Made by a program: the position numbers and the translations under genes. Below, piece after piece: positions 30,688 to 40,258 of a stretch of 64,000 bases of DNA. The notes under the pieces were generated by a model, which was not told the DNA's origin, did no database searches, and saw nothing but the letters and a program-made list of their open reading frames with translations. The stretch is taken from positions 2,455 to 66,454 of the forward strand of contig DLIO01000109.1 in the NCBI GenBank assembly GCA_002483765.1, in the 5' to 3' direction. How positions within the stretch are numbered: the stretch's first letter is position 1; every line of letters begins with the position of its first letter. This stretch comes from Lentisphaeria bacterium UBA7640. GTDB taxonomy: Bacteria > Verrucomicrobiota > Lentisphaeria > Victivallales > Victivallaceae.

Positions 30688-31566
30688 TCAAGAAAGCGAA
30701 CGCCGATATTCTGTCGGGGTGATTTGGCGATACTTGCGATATATTCTAGAAAAATAAAATTGATCCCGGTAACCTGCTTGGTCACTGATCTCCTCAATAG
30801 TCTTCTCTGGATATTGTTTCATCAATTTTTCTGCATAATGCAATTTTCGATCAATTAACAGATTTTTAAAGGTTATACCGAGTTTGCGCCGCACTAAGTG
30901 GGAAACGGTGGAACGACTTCTGCCGACGTGTTCAGCCACCTGCTCCAAGGTGATACGTTCACTAACTCGCTCATCAATATAGCGTTCTATTTTATTCAAC
31001 AATTGATTTCGGCGTAGACCGACCAATTCTTTGGTGACAATATAATCCATCAACAGCGAAAACATTCCCAGCAAGTCATCGACGCGTTCCGGCGCAATAT
31101 ACGGCAAGTTAATAAACGCTTCCTCAACATTCGACAACAATTTCGTATTCTTGCATTTCAATTTCACGGCCGCGGGTAAAACTTTAACAGTGCGAAATTG
31201 ACCGATCATGACGAAACCAACTGGATAGCCACTCACCATCAACGGCGCAATGGCTTCGCGCAACCCAGCATGACATTTGTAGCAAACAATCGATCGTGCG
31301 GCAATACATTCCCGTTGTTTAGCTGAATCTAGCATAAAACAGCGTTCTGCGCCAAAAATTTTTTGTTGCATCAAACAACAATAATCTGAATTACGCCGAT
31401 CCAAGCCACGTTGTAACTCTTGACCTTTTTCGTCGTAAAACACAATACTGATATTCATGAGCGCCGCGAAGTGATCAAAAATATTCTTTACTTCATCGCG
31501 TAAAATTAGAGTCAATGTTGTTTTCATAGACAAAAAATAGCATAAACTGCACAAAAGTCCATTCAT
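30688..31566 (-). CDS. AraC-family transcriptional regulator with N-terminal PocR-type sensory domain
   Basis: PocR-like Cys/His pattern (CCLMQ...C...CYKCHAGL) and a C-terminal AraC HTH pair (LEQVAEHVGRSRSTVSHLVRRKLG...IEEISDQAGYRDQFYFSRIYRKY). An alternative start at 31527 is possible. Confidence 0.82.
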   Translation of the reverse strand: MNGLLCSLCYFLSMKTTLTLILRDEVKNIFDHFAALMNISIVFYDEKGQELQRGLDRRNSDYCCLMQQKIFGAERCFMLDSAKQRECIAARSIVCYKCHAGLREAIAPLMVSGYPVGFVMIGQFRTVKVLPAAVKLKCKNTKLLSNVEEAFINLPYIAPERVDDLLGMFSLLMDYIVTKELVGLRRNQLLNKIERYIDERVSERITLEQVAEHVGRSRSTVSHLVRRKLGITFKNLLIDRKLHYAEKLMKQYPEKTIEEISDQAGYRDQFYFSRIYRKYRQITPTEYRRSLS

Positions 31567-31652
31567 TTGCGCAATATTCCATTCAAAGCTAACAGCTTTA
31601 CGGTTATCTTATAATGTATTTAGTTTCAATAACCACAAAACAGGAGTTTTTT

Positions 31653-32699
31653 ATGGAAAAAGTCAGAGTTGGAATTATCGGGTTAGGTTTTATGGGAACC
31701 ACACACTTTGGAATTCATCAAGCAAATCCCAAAGCGCAAGTCGTTGCCGTTGCAGACATCGACAAAGTCAAGTTGACCGGCAACATCAGTGCAGTTGTCG
31801 GTAATATCGGCACTCGCGACAGTGATCAGCTGGATTTTAGCGGCATCAAAACTTATGAGAATGCCCTTGATCTGATCAACAGCCCTGATGTTGACATGGT
31901 CGATATCTGCGTTCCGACGTTTTTACACAAAAAATTCGCACTAGCAGCCATTAAAGCTGGCAAACACGTTTTTCTTGAAAAACCTTTTTCGCGTAATTTA
32001 GACGAAGTTAAAGAAATTGCAGCCGCGGCGCGCGCTTCCGATAAAAACTTCAATGTTGGCATGTGTGTAAGAGCTTGGCCGGAATATTTTGATGCCCGTA
32101 CCCGCTTTAAAGCTGGAGAATTCGGCGCGCTCAAAAGTGCTAATTTCCGCCGCTTATCCCCAAGTGTCGATGGCAATTCCTGGGAAAACTGGTTTATGAA
32201 TAACCAGCGCAGTGGTAGCGCCATTCTTGACCTACACATGCACGATATCGATTTAGTACGTTTTTTCTTTGGTAAACCTCGTGCCGTCAATGCATTCGGC
32301 CTGCGTGGCTTCCGTAGTGATGACGGTATTGATCATGTTTTAGCGCGTTATGACTTTGGTGATGGCACATTAGTATCCGCCGAAGGTGGCTGGGCTGGCA
32401 CTAAAAGCGTTCCTTTTGAAATGAGTTTCCAACTCATTTGCGAAAAAGCCACAGTTCGCTTTATGTCTGAGGGTTACAAAATCTATTGGGAAAACGGCGA
32501 AGTTGAGAGTCCTGAAGTTGGCGATGCCACGTTGCCGACCGGCTGGCATCAAGAATTGGCATATTTCGTCAACTGCATTCTTGATGGTAGCAAACCAGAA
32601 AAATATCAAAAGCTTGATGAATTAGTTGATTCATTCAAAATGTATGAAGCTGAATTAGCAGCAATTGAGTCCGGAAAAACTGTAACTATTAACTATTGA
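31653..32699 (+). CDS. Gfo/Idh/MocA-family NAD(P)-dependent oxidoreductase
   Basis: Rossmann start MEKVRVGIIGLGFMGTTH and the EKP motif (VFLEKPFS). AGGAG RBS before the ATG at 31653. Confidence 0.85.
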   Translation: MEKVRVGIIGLGFMGTTHFGIHQANPKAQVVAVADIDKVKLTGNISAVVGNIGTRDSDQLDFSGIKTYENALDLINSPDVDMVDICVPTFLHKKFALAAIKAGKHVFLEKPFSRNLDEVKEIAAAARASDKNFNVGMCVRAWPEYFDARTRFKAGEFGALKSANFRRLSPSVDGNSWENWFMNNQRSGSAILDLHMHDIDLVRFFFGKPRAVNAFGLRGFRSDDGIDHVLARYDFGDGTLVSAEGGWAGTKSVPFEMSFQLICEKATVRFMSEGYKIYWENGEVESPEVGDATLPTGWHQELAYFVNCILDGSKPEKYQKLDELVDSFKMYEAELAAIESGKTVTINY

Positions 32700-32708
32700 G
32701 GTGTTCAC

Positions 32709-33578
32709 ATGGAATTTTATAAAGCATTAAATTATTGGGTATTCGGTGGATTTGATGGCGTGAAAACGCCTTACGAACTGATTGATTTCGTAAAAGAACA
32801 AGGTCTCGACGGGGCAGAATTGACCGTTGGCGATGCTCTGAAAATCGATATTACCGAAGCAGAGTGCAAAAAAATTCGCGATTACGCCGCAGCAAAATCA
32901 ATTGGTCTGCGTAGCCTCGCCACTGGCTTTTACTGGGGAAAATCGCTCGGCACAGATGATGAAGCGGTACGCGCGGAAGCATTGGAGTTTACTCGTAAGT
33001 ATCTTCAAATCGCCAACTGGATTGGTGCTGAAGTGATTTTGGCTGTGCCTGGCGCAACCTGTGTAAAATGGGATCCGTCTGTCCCTGTAGTGCCATACAA
33101 AACGGTCTGGAATAAATCGATAGAATCATTGAAAGAACTACTACCATTAGCAGAAAAACTCAACGTAACTATCGCGCTGGAAAACGTCTGGAATCGTTTT
33201 TTATTGTCGCCAATGGAGTGGAAACTCTATCTCGACCAATTCGATTCTCCGAATATCGGCATTTATTTTGACATGGCAAATGGTCTGATTTATGCGCCAG
33301 CTGAAGATTTTGTTAGCATTTTGGGTAAACGTATCAAAGCTATTCACATCAAAAACTGGACAGGTGAAGATTCCGGCGGTGGATTGCATGGCTTTGGTGA
33401 TGATATCGCCGTCGGCGAAGTCAACTTCCCAGCGCTGTTGGATGAATTGAAAAAGCTCAATTACAGCGGCCCTATTTCGGCAGAAATGATTCCATTCTGT
33501 CGCCTGCCTGATCTGGTATTACCCGATCACGAACTAGCAGTCGCAACCGCCAAACGTGTCAAAGAAATATTGGGCTGA
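32709..33578 (+). CDS. Sugar phosphate isomerase/epimerase (xylose isomerase-like TIM barrel)
   Basis: 289 aa. Pattern ...IALENVWNRF...IYFDMANG...HIKN... is typical of the AP_endonuc_2/TIM-barrel family. Lies 10 nt after the oxidoreductase gene. Confidence 0.75.
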   Translation: MEFYKALNYWVFGGFDGVKTPYELIDFVKEQGLDGAELTVGDALKIDITEAECKKIRDYAAAKSIGLRSLATGFYWGKSLGTDDEAVRAEALEFTRKYLQIANWIGAEVILAVPGATCVKWDPSVPVVPYKTVWNKSIESLKELLPLAEKLNVTIALENVWNRFLLSPMEWKLYLDQFDSPNIGIYFDMANGLIYAPAEDFVSILGKRIKAIHIKNWTGEDSGGGLHGFGDDIAVGEVNFPALLDELKKLNYSGPISAEMIPFCRLPDLVLPDHELAVATAKRVKEILG

Positions 33579-33668
33579 AAACGGTTTGCAAGAGCAAACT
33601 TTAACCACAAAGTGAATTGATGTTTTAAAGACTTTAAGGACTTGGACATTGATGTAATTGATCGTTTA

Positions 33669-33699
33669 AATTTGCGCGCGCATTATGCGCGCGCGAATT
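33669..33699. repeat. CG-rich palindromic element, copy 5 (aatttgcgcgcgcatTatgcgcgcgcgaatt)
   Basis: 31-bp palindrome with one arm mismatch, between convergent genes ending at 33578 (+) and 33842 (-). Confidence 0.9.
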
Positions 33700-33841
33700 A
33701 AACATTCACTTTACACAATTATTTTAGCCAAACTTCTATCGAAATATAAAGCCTGAATTGTTCTCCGCGTTCCCATTAGTGAAATCTGTGAACAATACTC
33801 CCTTCCCTTATAGGAATTATTTGCGAGTACAATAATGGAGT

Positions 33842-34495
33842 TTATTTTCTGCCGATTGGCTGAGTAAACTGGATACGATGCGATTCTGGTAATTTCATCT
33901 CTATTGCCAGTTTATCGATCTCAACTAAGCCGCAAACCACGGTGGACAAATTAGCAGAAGCCGCATAAAGATAAACATTTTGTGACATGCTGCCAGCATG
34001 AAATGCGCCATACTTCGTAAACCCTGATTCGGGAATATTGACACGCTTCATCCGTTCATTGTCGGAAACATAGATCAAAACAACTGGCGCAGTCGTATGC
34101 ATTTTTTTCTGCGTGCCGGTGAACTCGCGAAAGTCGCGGGGTTGTTCCAATTCGAGCTGATGCGCTTCTGGATTGTAGCGATACAGACCGTCAGGCATTG
34201 CCGCGAACAAAATCATTGAACGAGCGTCACGAGCAGTCGGAATGGTGAGTTTGCCGTTCTTGCGGGTCACGCCAGTCGCGGCAAAGAAAAGGTCTGACAA
34301 CTCTTGTCTATTTAGCGGCGCCGCCGATATATTGCGTTTGGACTGACGTTCATCGAGCGCAGCCATTAACGGTTTGCCACCTTTGCGATTAGGCGCGGGT
34401 AATTTTATAACTTTATCCGCAGCAAAACTATTCACCGCCAAAATGGCGATTAACGACATCATCAAGAATATCTGTTTCTTCAAATTAAACCTCAT
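33842..34495 (-). CDS. Nitroreductase-family (SagB/ThcOx-like) protein with N-terminal signal or anchor sequence
   Basis: ATG at 34495 gives MRFNLKKQIFLMMSLIAILAVNSFA. The body (LMAALDERQSKRNISAAPLNRQELSDLFFAATGV...) matches the nitroreductase fold N-terminus. The track start at 34552 would overlap metG. Confidence 0.65.
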   Translation of the reverse strand: MRFNLKKQIFLMMSLIAILAVNSFAADKVIKLPAPNRKGGKPLMAALDERQSKRNISAAPLNRQELSDLFFAATGVTRKNGKLTIPTARDARSMILFAAMPDGLYRYNPEAHQLELEQPRDFREFTGTQKKMHTTAPVVLIYVSDNERMKRVNIPESGFTKYGAFHAGSMSQNVYLYAASANLSTVVCGLVEIDKLAIEMKLPESHRIQFTQPIGRK

Positions 34496-34514
34496 GTTAT
34501 TTAGGAAATATAGC

Positions 34515-36500
34515 TCAACCGACGCTGGCTCCGGATGGGATTTCTCCGTCAACAGTGATCAAGCGCAATGCGCCATCTTTGCTCTTTGCGCAGAGCAGCA
34601 TACCGTGCGATTCAACGCCACGGATTTTTGCCGGCTTTAAGTTTGCAACCAAAACAATGGTTCGGCCTGGAAGTTGTTCCGGAGTATAAAACTGCGCAAT
34701 TCCAGAAATAATTTGTCGCTCTTCGCCTCCGACATCCAATTTTAGCTGCAATAATTTATCGGCTCCTTTAACTTTTTGTGCCTCAATTACTTGAGCAGTC
34801 AACAACTGCACTTTGGTGAAGTCTTCAATACCAATTAAGCTCACGCCTTTTGGGGCCTTTGGGGCAGCTTTGCAAGTGGGTTTCGCGACCGGTTCTGCAG
34901 TTTTCTTTGGCAAAGCATAACGTGGGAATAGCACGTCGATATCACGAACTTTAAGACCGCTCAATACGTTATTGGTGTGAAACTTACGTAATTCGACAAC
35001 ATTAAAATGTACTGGTTGATCTTTATCAAGCCCCAGCGCTTCGCGGATTTCTGCCATCTTCTCTGGCATTACCGGATCAAGCAAGATTGAAACAATGCGC
35101 AAAAGTTCAGCGGAGCTATAAAGAACCGTATTCAAACGTTCAGTTTCACCTTTTTTGGCTAAACTCCAGGGCGCGGTCTGTTCGAGATAGCGGTTTCCTG
35201 CGCGAACCGCATTCATGACCTGTTCCATGCCAGAATCGAGGCGCATGGTATTAACCGCCACACTCGCTGAAATGATAGCGTTATCGATCGCCGCCGCTAA
35301 GTCACGCTCTTCGTCTTGAAACTGGCCGGGTTTTGGAATAACTCCATCACCAACTCGCAGCGTCATTTTGATGACACGGCTCAGCAGGTTCCCCAGATCG
35401 TTAACTAGGTCCGTATTATAACGGGTAATAAATACTTCTTGTGAAAACGATGCGTCCTGCCCCGGCGTCATCGCTGAAGTCAAGAAATAGCGAAAAGCGT
35501 CGACTCCGACTAAATCAATCATAGTCATCGGATTAACAACATTGCCGATACTTTTGCTCATCTTCATTTCGTCGAACATCCACCAACCATGAGCGAAAAT
35601 TGTTTTAGGCATCTCGACGCCCATTGCTTTTAACATAGTTGGCCAGTAAACTGTGTGAGTGGTCAAAATATCTTTGCCAATCAGATGGCATGAAGCTGGC
35701 CACCATTTTTTGAATTTCTGTTCATCCTGTCTGTAGCCTACGCCAGAGATATAATTAATCAAAGCATCAAACCAAACATAACAGACATAATCATGGTCGA
35801 AAGGTAATTCAATTCCCCAACTCAAACGTGATTTTGGGCGTGAAATACATAAATCACCCAACTTCCCGCTTTTAAGGAAACCGAGCGTTTCGTTAGCACG
35901 GAATGCCGGGCGAATGAAAAGCGGATTGTCATTGATATAATCAATCAACCATTCCTGATATTTCCCCATGCGGAAAAAATAGTTTGACTCGATAATTTCA
36001 TTAGTCTCACGTTCGCAATCGGGGCAAAGTCGCTCGTCTTTAAGATCTTTGTCGGTAAAAAAACGCTCGCATGGTACGCAATAGTGACCTTTGTAATGAT
36101 CTTTGTAAATTTCACCACGATCAAAAAGATCTTGTAGAATTTCTTGGACGACTTTTTTGTGTTCATCTTCAGTTGTGCGAATAAAAGCATCATTTGAGAT
36201 GCCAAGACGTTGCCACAGTTCTTGAAAACGCACAACGGTGGTGTCGCATTGTTCCTGTGGCGTGATCCCTTGAGCCTCTGCCGCGCGCTGAACCTTTTGA
36301 CCGTGTTCATCGGTTCCAGTCAGGAAAAACGTTGGAATATTCTCCGAGCGGTGGTAACGTGCCAGAACATCTGCCAAAATAGTCGTATACGAATGACCAA
36401 TATGCGGTTTATCGTTTACGTAATAGATCGGAGTAGTTACGTAATACTTCTCTGGTAGGTTGAAAATTTCCGTTTTTCCCGTCATTCCGGTTTTACTCAT
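34515..36500 (-). CDS. metG: Methionine--tRNA ligase with C-terminal tRNA-binding (EMAP-II-like) domain
   Basis: HIGH motif (KPHIGHSYTT), KMSKS motif, a zinc knuckle (CVPCERF...CPDCE), and the C-terminal GADKLLQLKLDVGGEERQIISGI tRNA-binding domain. Start at ATG 36500 with a GAGGA RBS. Confidence 0.95.
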   Translation of the reverse strand: MSKTGMTGKTEIFNLPEKYYVTTPIYYVNDKPHIGHSYTTILADVLARYHRSENIPTFFLTGTDEHGQKVQRAAEAQGITPQEQCDTTVVRFQELWQRLGISNDAFIRTTEDEHKKVVQEILQDLFDRGEIYKDHYKGHYCVPCERFFTDKDLKDERLCPDCERETNEIIESNYFFRMGKYQEWLIDYINDNPLFIRPAFRANETLGFLKSGKLGDLCISRPKSRLSWGIELPFDHDYVCYVWFDALINYISGVGYRQDEQKFKKWWPASCHLIGKDILTTHTVYWPTMLKAMGVEMPKTIFAHGWWMFDEMKMSKSIGNVVNPMTMIDLVGVDAFRYFLTSAMTPGQDASFSQEVFITRYNTDLVNDLGNLLSRVIKMTLRVGDGVIPKPGQFQDEERDLAAAIDNAIISASVAVNTMRLDSGMEQVMNAVRAGNRYLEQTAPWSLAKKGETERLNTVLYSSAELLRIVSILLDPVMPEKMAEIREALGLDKDQPVHFNVVELRKFHTNNVLSGLKVRDIDVLFPRYALPKKTAEPVAKPTCKAAPKAPKGVSLIGIEDFTKVQLLTAQVIEAQKVKGADKLLQLKLDVGGEERQIISGIAQFYTPEQLPGRTIVLVANLKPAKIRGVESHGMLLCAKSKDGALRLITVDGEIPSGASVG

Positions 36501-36635
36501 GGATATATTCCTCAATATTTATAGTGGTTTAAATTCAAAAAATCATCTTTTAATATAAATCCCGGCGGTAGCTTTTCAAAGTCACGAAGCGAAACTATAT
36601 TATCATTTAACTTTTCACTCGATCAAGGAGAAAAT

Positions 36636-38432
36636 ATGTCTGGACTACCATTGCACAACGAATTACCAATAAACGAAACCTGGAACCTCGAATTACTCTA
36701 TGCGGATATCGCTACCTGGGAAAAGGATTTTAATAAAATTGACGGATTATCAACTGAATTTAACCGCTATCGCGGCCGTCTACATGAATCCCCTGAAACG
36801 ATGTTGCGTGCCTTCGAAGCCTCCGACGCACTTCAGCGCATGGCGGAAAAAGTTTATTGTTATGCCCACCTCAAAGCTGACGAAAACACCGCACATTCAG
36901 AAAACCGTGCCAGAGTCGGTCGGATTGAAAGCAAATTCGCTGCAATATCTGGTGAAACCGCGTGGTTTGAACCCGAATTTATGGCCATTGACGATGCCAA
37001 AATACAACAGTTTGCGAACTCCAAAACGCTGGCTTTTTACCGTAAAAGTATTGATGAATTGTTACGTGAACGTGCCCATGTGTTATCTGAAAAAGAGGAA
37101 CGCTTACTTGGCTTGAGTTCAGATGCGATGGGTTCCGCCAGCAAAGTTTTCTCCACTTTGAACAACGCTGACTTGACCTTTCCCAAAATCACTGACGAAA
37201 ATCAGAAGAAAAAGGAGTTAACCCACGGCAACTATATCAACTTCATGGAGAACGGCAATCGGCTCGTGCGCAAACGCGCTTTTAATGCAATGTTCGACAC
37301 CTACAAAAAATATCGCAATACTATGGCTGCGACGCTCGATGGCACAGTGAAACGACACGTTTTTCATGCAAAAATACGCAATTATCCCTCTTCTTTGGAG
37401 GCGTCGTTGTTTTCCGACAATGTTCCAGTTGCAGTTTACAATAACCTGATTCAAGCAGTACATGAAAAGCTTCCACATCTGCACCGGTACCTGAAAGTGC
37501 GTCAAAAAGCGCTCAAGATCCGCAAAATGGATATGTACGACCTTTATAACCCGCTAGTGCCTGATTATCGCATGGAAGTAAGTTTCGAACAAGCTGCCGA
37601 ATGGGTTAAAGGAGCACTAAAACCGCTCGGTGAAGAGTATCAGAATATTTTGAATCAAGCTTTTGAACAACGTTGGATTGACATCAAAGAGTGTAAGGGC
37701 AAACGTTCCGGAGCCTATTCGAGCGGTTGCTATGACAGTGTTCCATATATTTTGTTGAACTTCAATAATACACTCAACGACGTGTTTACGCTCGCGCACG
37801 AACTGGGTCATTCAATGCACAGTTATTATTCAAATCACGCCCAAAATTATCATTATGCCAATTACAGTATTTTTGTCGCAGAAGTAGCGTCGACTACCAA
37901 TGAACTGTTGTTGCACGAACATCTGATGAAACAGAATAACGATACCGAATGGCACACTTATCTGCTCTCCCATCTGGCCGACGGAATCCGTGGAACCATC
38001 TACCGCCAAACCATGTTCGCCGAATTTGAGAAACATATCCACGAAGCTGGCGAAAAATCAATCACGCTGACCGCTGACCAATTGTCCGCAGATTACTACA
38101 AGTTGAACAATGATTATTTCGGAGCGGTTATCAAAGCAAATCGTCGGGTTGAAATGGAATGGGCACGAATTCCCCATTTTTATTATAATTTTTATGTTTA
38201 CAAATATGCGACCGGCATGTCAGCGGCGGCGCAGTTGTCACAAAATATACTAAGTGGCGATGCGACTAAACTTCGAGCATATCTAGGCTTTTTGAAAGCC
38301 GGTGATTCCAAAGATGTTTTGGATATTATGAAAGATGCTGGAGTAGATTTGACCACTCCAGCGCCAGTACATGCGGCATTAGACAAATTCAACGATATCG
38401 TCACCGAACTGGAGACGAAACTAAAACTTTAA
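36636..38432 (+). CDS. pepF: Oligoendopeptidase F (M3B metallopeptidase)
   Basis: 598 aa with the zinc motif HELGHSMH and a downstream E ligand region (FVAEVASTTNE). Confidence 0.9.
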   Translation: MSGLPLHNELPINETWNLELLYADIATWEKDFNKIDGLSTEFNRYRGRLHESPETMLRAFEASDALQRMAEKVYCYAHLKADENTAHSENRARVGRIESKFAAISGETAWFEPEFMAIDDAKIQQFANSKTLAFYRKSIDELLRERAHVLSEKEERLLGLSSDAMGSASKVFSTLNNADLTFPKITDENQKKKELTHGNYINFMENGNRLVRKRAFNAMFDTYKKYRNTMAATLDGTVKRHVFHAKIRNYPSSLEASLFSDNVPVAVYNNLIQAVHEKLPHLHRYLKVRQKALKIRKMDMYDLYNPLVPDYRMEVSFEQAAEWVKGALKPLGEEYQNILNQAFEQRWIDIKECKGKRSGAYSSGCYDSVPYILLNFNNTLNDVFTLAHELGHSMHSYYSNHAQNYHYANYSIFVAEVASTTNELLLHEHLMKQNNDTEWHTYLLSHLADGIRGTIYRQTMFAEFEKHIHEAGEKSITLTADQLSADYYKLNNDYFGAVIKANRRVEMEWARIPHFYYNFYVYKYATGMSAAAQLSQNILSGDATKLRAYLGFLKAGDSKDVLDIMKDAGVDLTTPAPVHAALDKFNDIVTELETKLKL

Positions 38433-38461
38433 ATGGAAAGTGTTGTAAAGTTTTGAGCAGA

Positions 38462-38875
38462 TTATGGAGCACGAACATACTTTGGCATGTCATTAAACAT
38501 CACGCCGTTTTTGCCGGACAGGATAGGATTCCCGCCGGTGACGGCTGGTTCGTTTACGTAGTTAGTTTTCCCGCGCTTGATTAGCGCCAAACCGTCCCAG
38601 ATGAAATCTTCCTGTTTGCCTTGCGCAGTGGCGGAAGCGATCTGACCGTTGACCGAATAACTATAGCTATTGATAATCTTGTCGTTTTCAGTGATGGACA
38701 TCACTTTGTTTAGCCAGTTGTAAGCATAGGTTTTGTCGCCCTCTTTAACCATACGGCCTGCCGCGTCATATTCGTATTGAGTGGTTTTGCCATCAGTGGT
38801 ACTGGAAAGTAACTGATTACTTTTGCCATAGCTGTGCAAATAAAAATCTCTCGAGATAAAACTTGAGTAATTCAT
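38462..38875 (-). CDS. Orphan YD/RHS-repeat fragment (137 aa)
   Basis: YD-repeat units (TQYEYDAAGRMV, YAYNWLNKV, YSYSVNGQI) and a core-like stretch FIWDGLALIKRGKTNYVNEP. No N-terminal domain, no long repeat shell, and no PxxxxDPxGL/toxin end. It has its own GAGGG RBS. Confidence 0.55.
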   Translation of the reverse strand: MNYSSFISRDFYLHSYGKSNQLLSSTTDGKTTQYEYDAAGRMVKEGDKTYAYNWLNKVMSITENDKIINSYSYSVNGQIASATAQGKQEDFIWDGLALIKRGKTNYVNEPAVTGGNPILSGKNGVMFNDMPKYVRAP

Positions 38876-39016
38876 GGTACCCTCATTTGATATGAACGCG
38901 ATTCGTATCCTGAATATAACCTTTAAAAATTAAAGCACAACTTTATCTGAGAGAATTATTTTGCAACGAAAAAATAGACATTTCTCGCAACCCAAAATCT
39001 TCATAACTTGTTATTC

Positions 39017-39034
39017 TAATGCGCGCGCTAATTT
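39017..39034. repeat. CG-rich palindromic element, half copy 6 (taatgcgcgcgctaattt)
   Basis: Only the right arm is retained. Intergenic, between the RHS fragment and the GT4 gene. Confidence 0.55.
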
Positions 39035-39076
39035 AAGAGATAAATTACAATATTTTCTTTCGTGATTATAAAGCCT

Positions 39077-40258
39077 TTAATTTTTTGTTTTGGTCAGCCG
39101 TAGGAACTCGGTCTCCAAAATGTCGCACATGGTTTGCGCGGCGAATTGCGCGGCCACTTTTTGCCGGCCATTTTTGCCCATTTGCAAAGCTAACGCGGGA
39201 TCATTCAAGATTTTATTGACGCCCTCCGCTGCTTCAGCGATGGAACCAGCACTGGCTAGAAATCCAGTTTCTCCGGGAATAATCACCTCGGGAGTGCCGT
39301 CGAGAGCAAATCCCACTGCTGGTTTGCCGCATGCTAACGCCTGCACCACACAGCGCGGTAATCCTTCGTGAAGCGAAAGATGCAGCAAAATATCCATTAG
39401 CGCGGTGTAACGACAGACCTGTGACGGCGCCACCAATCCAGCGAAATGGAATTTATCTTTCATGTTCAATTTAACGATTTCGGCATCTATGCTGGCGCGC
39501 ATCGGTCCATCGCCAACAATCAAAAAATGGGTTTCGGGATGAACGTCAAGAACTTTTCTTGCTACAGGAATAAAATATTCATAACCTTTTTGTTCAAAAA
39601 GCCGGGCAATGGCACCGACCACTTTGACATTCGCTGGGATATTGAGTTCAGCCCGCAATTCGGATTCAGGGAGAGCATTGATAAAATCTTCAATATCCAT
39701 GCCGCTGTAAACTACTTGGTATTTTTCACGCGGAGCAATGTTCGCTTCGACACATTGGTCAATCATCGCTTGAGCGACCGCATAAATTCGGTGACAGCGT
39801 TTCGCGGCAAAACGTTCGGCAGTGCGATAAAGCCAATTATTAAATTTACTTTGGTATGGGTGAAACGCCTGACCATGCACGGTGTGAACAACGGCCTTCA
39901 CTCCAGCGTGCCAAGCGGCGGCGCGCCCGATCACTCCGGCCTTAGAAGTGTGGGTGTGAACGACGTCAAAGCCACGTTCACGGCAAAGTTTTTTGATATG
40001 GCGATACGCCTGAAAATCTTTCAATGGATTAATTTCACGCACTAGCGATGGAATTTCAATAATCTCAAACTCCGGTAGATTAGTATTTTTAAATAGATTA
40101 CCTTCAGTTCCAGAAGTTGGCCCAGTAATCAACACCACTTCGTGACCTTTGTTCAGGTGCCCGACAATGGTTAACAAAGTATTTTCCTGCGCGCCACCAA
40201 CAATCATACGAGTGATTACGTGGGCTATTTTAAGTTTTCTATCGTCGTTCGAAGACAT
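39077..40258 (-). CDS. Glycosyltransferase family 4 (GT-B, RfaG/WbuB-like)
   Basis: KIAHVITRMIVGGAQENT N-terminus and the C-terminal E-x7-E region (SLHEGLPRCVVQALACGKPAV). ATG at 40258 overlaps the ComEC stop by 20 nt. Confidence 0.8.
   Translation of the reverse strand: MSSNDDRKLKIAHVITRMIVGGAQENTLLTIVGHLNKGHEVVLITGPTSGTEGNLFKNTNLPEFEIIEIPSLVREINPLKDFQAYRHIKKLCRERGFDVVHTHTSKAGVIGRAAAWHAGVKAVVHTVHGQAFHPYQSKFNNWLYRTAERFAAKRCHRIYAVAQAMIDQCVEANIAPREKYQVVYSGMDIEDFINALPESELRAELNIPANVKVVGAIARLFEQKGYEYFIPVARKVLDVHPETHFLIVGDGPMRASIDAEIVKLNMKDKFHFAGLVAPSQVCRYTALMDILLHLSLHEGLPRCVVQALACGKPAVGFALDGTPEVIIPGETGFLASAGSIAEAAEGVNKILNDPALALQMGKNGRQKVAAQFAAQTMCDILETEFLRLTKTKN

Noticed and set aside
36516-36635. 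T-box or other leader upstream of metG
   Set aside because: Only 120-135 nt are shared with the divergent pepF promoter. There is no specifier or antiterminator-like helices.
39446-40045. 199-aa plus-strand ORF inside the GT4 gene
   Set aside because: Antisense shadow of a gene with clear GT4 motifs.
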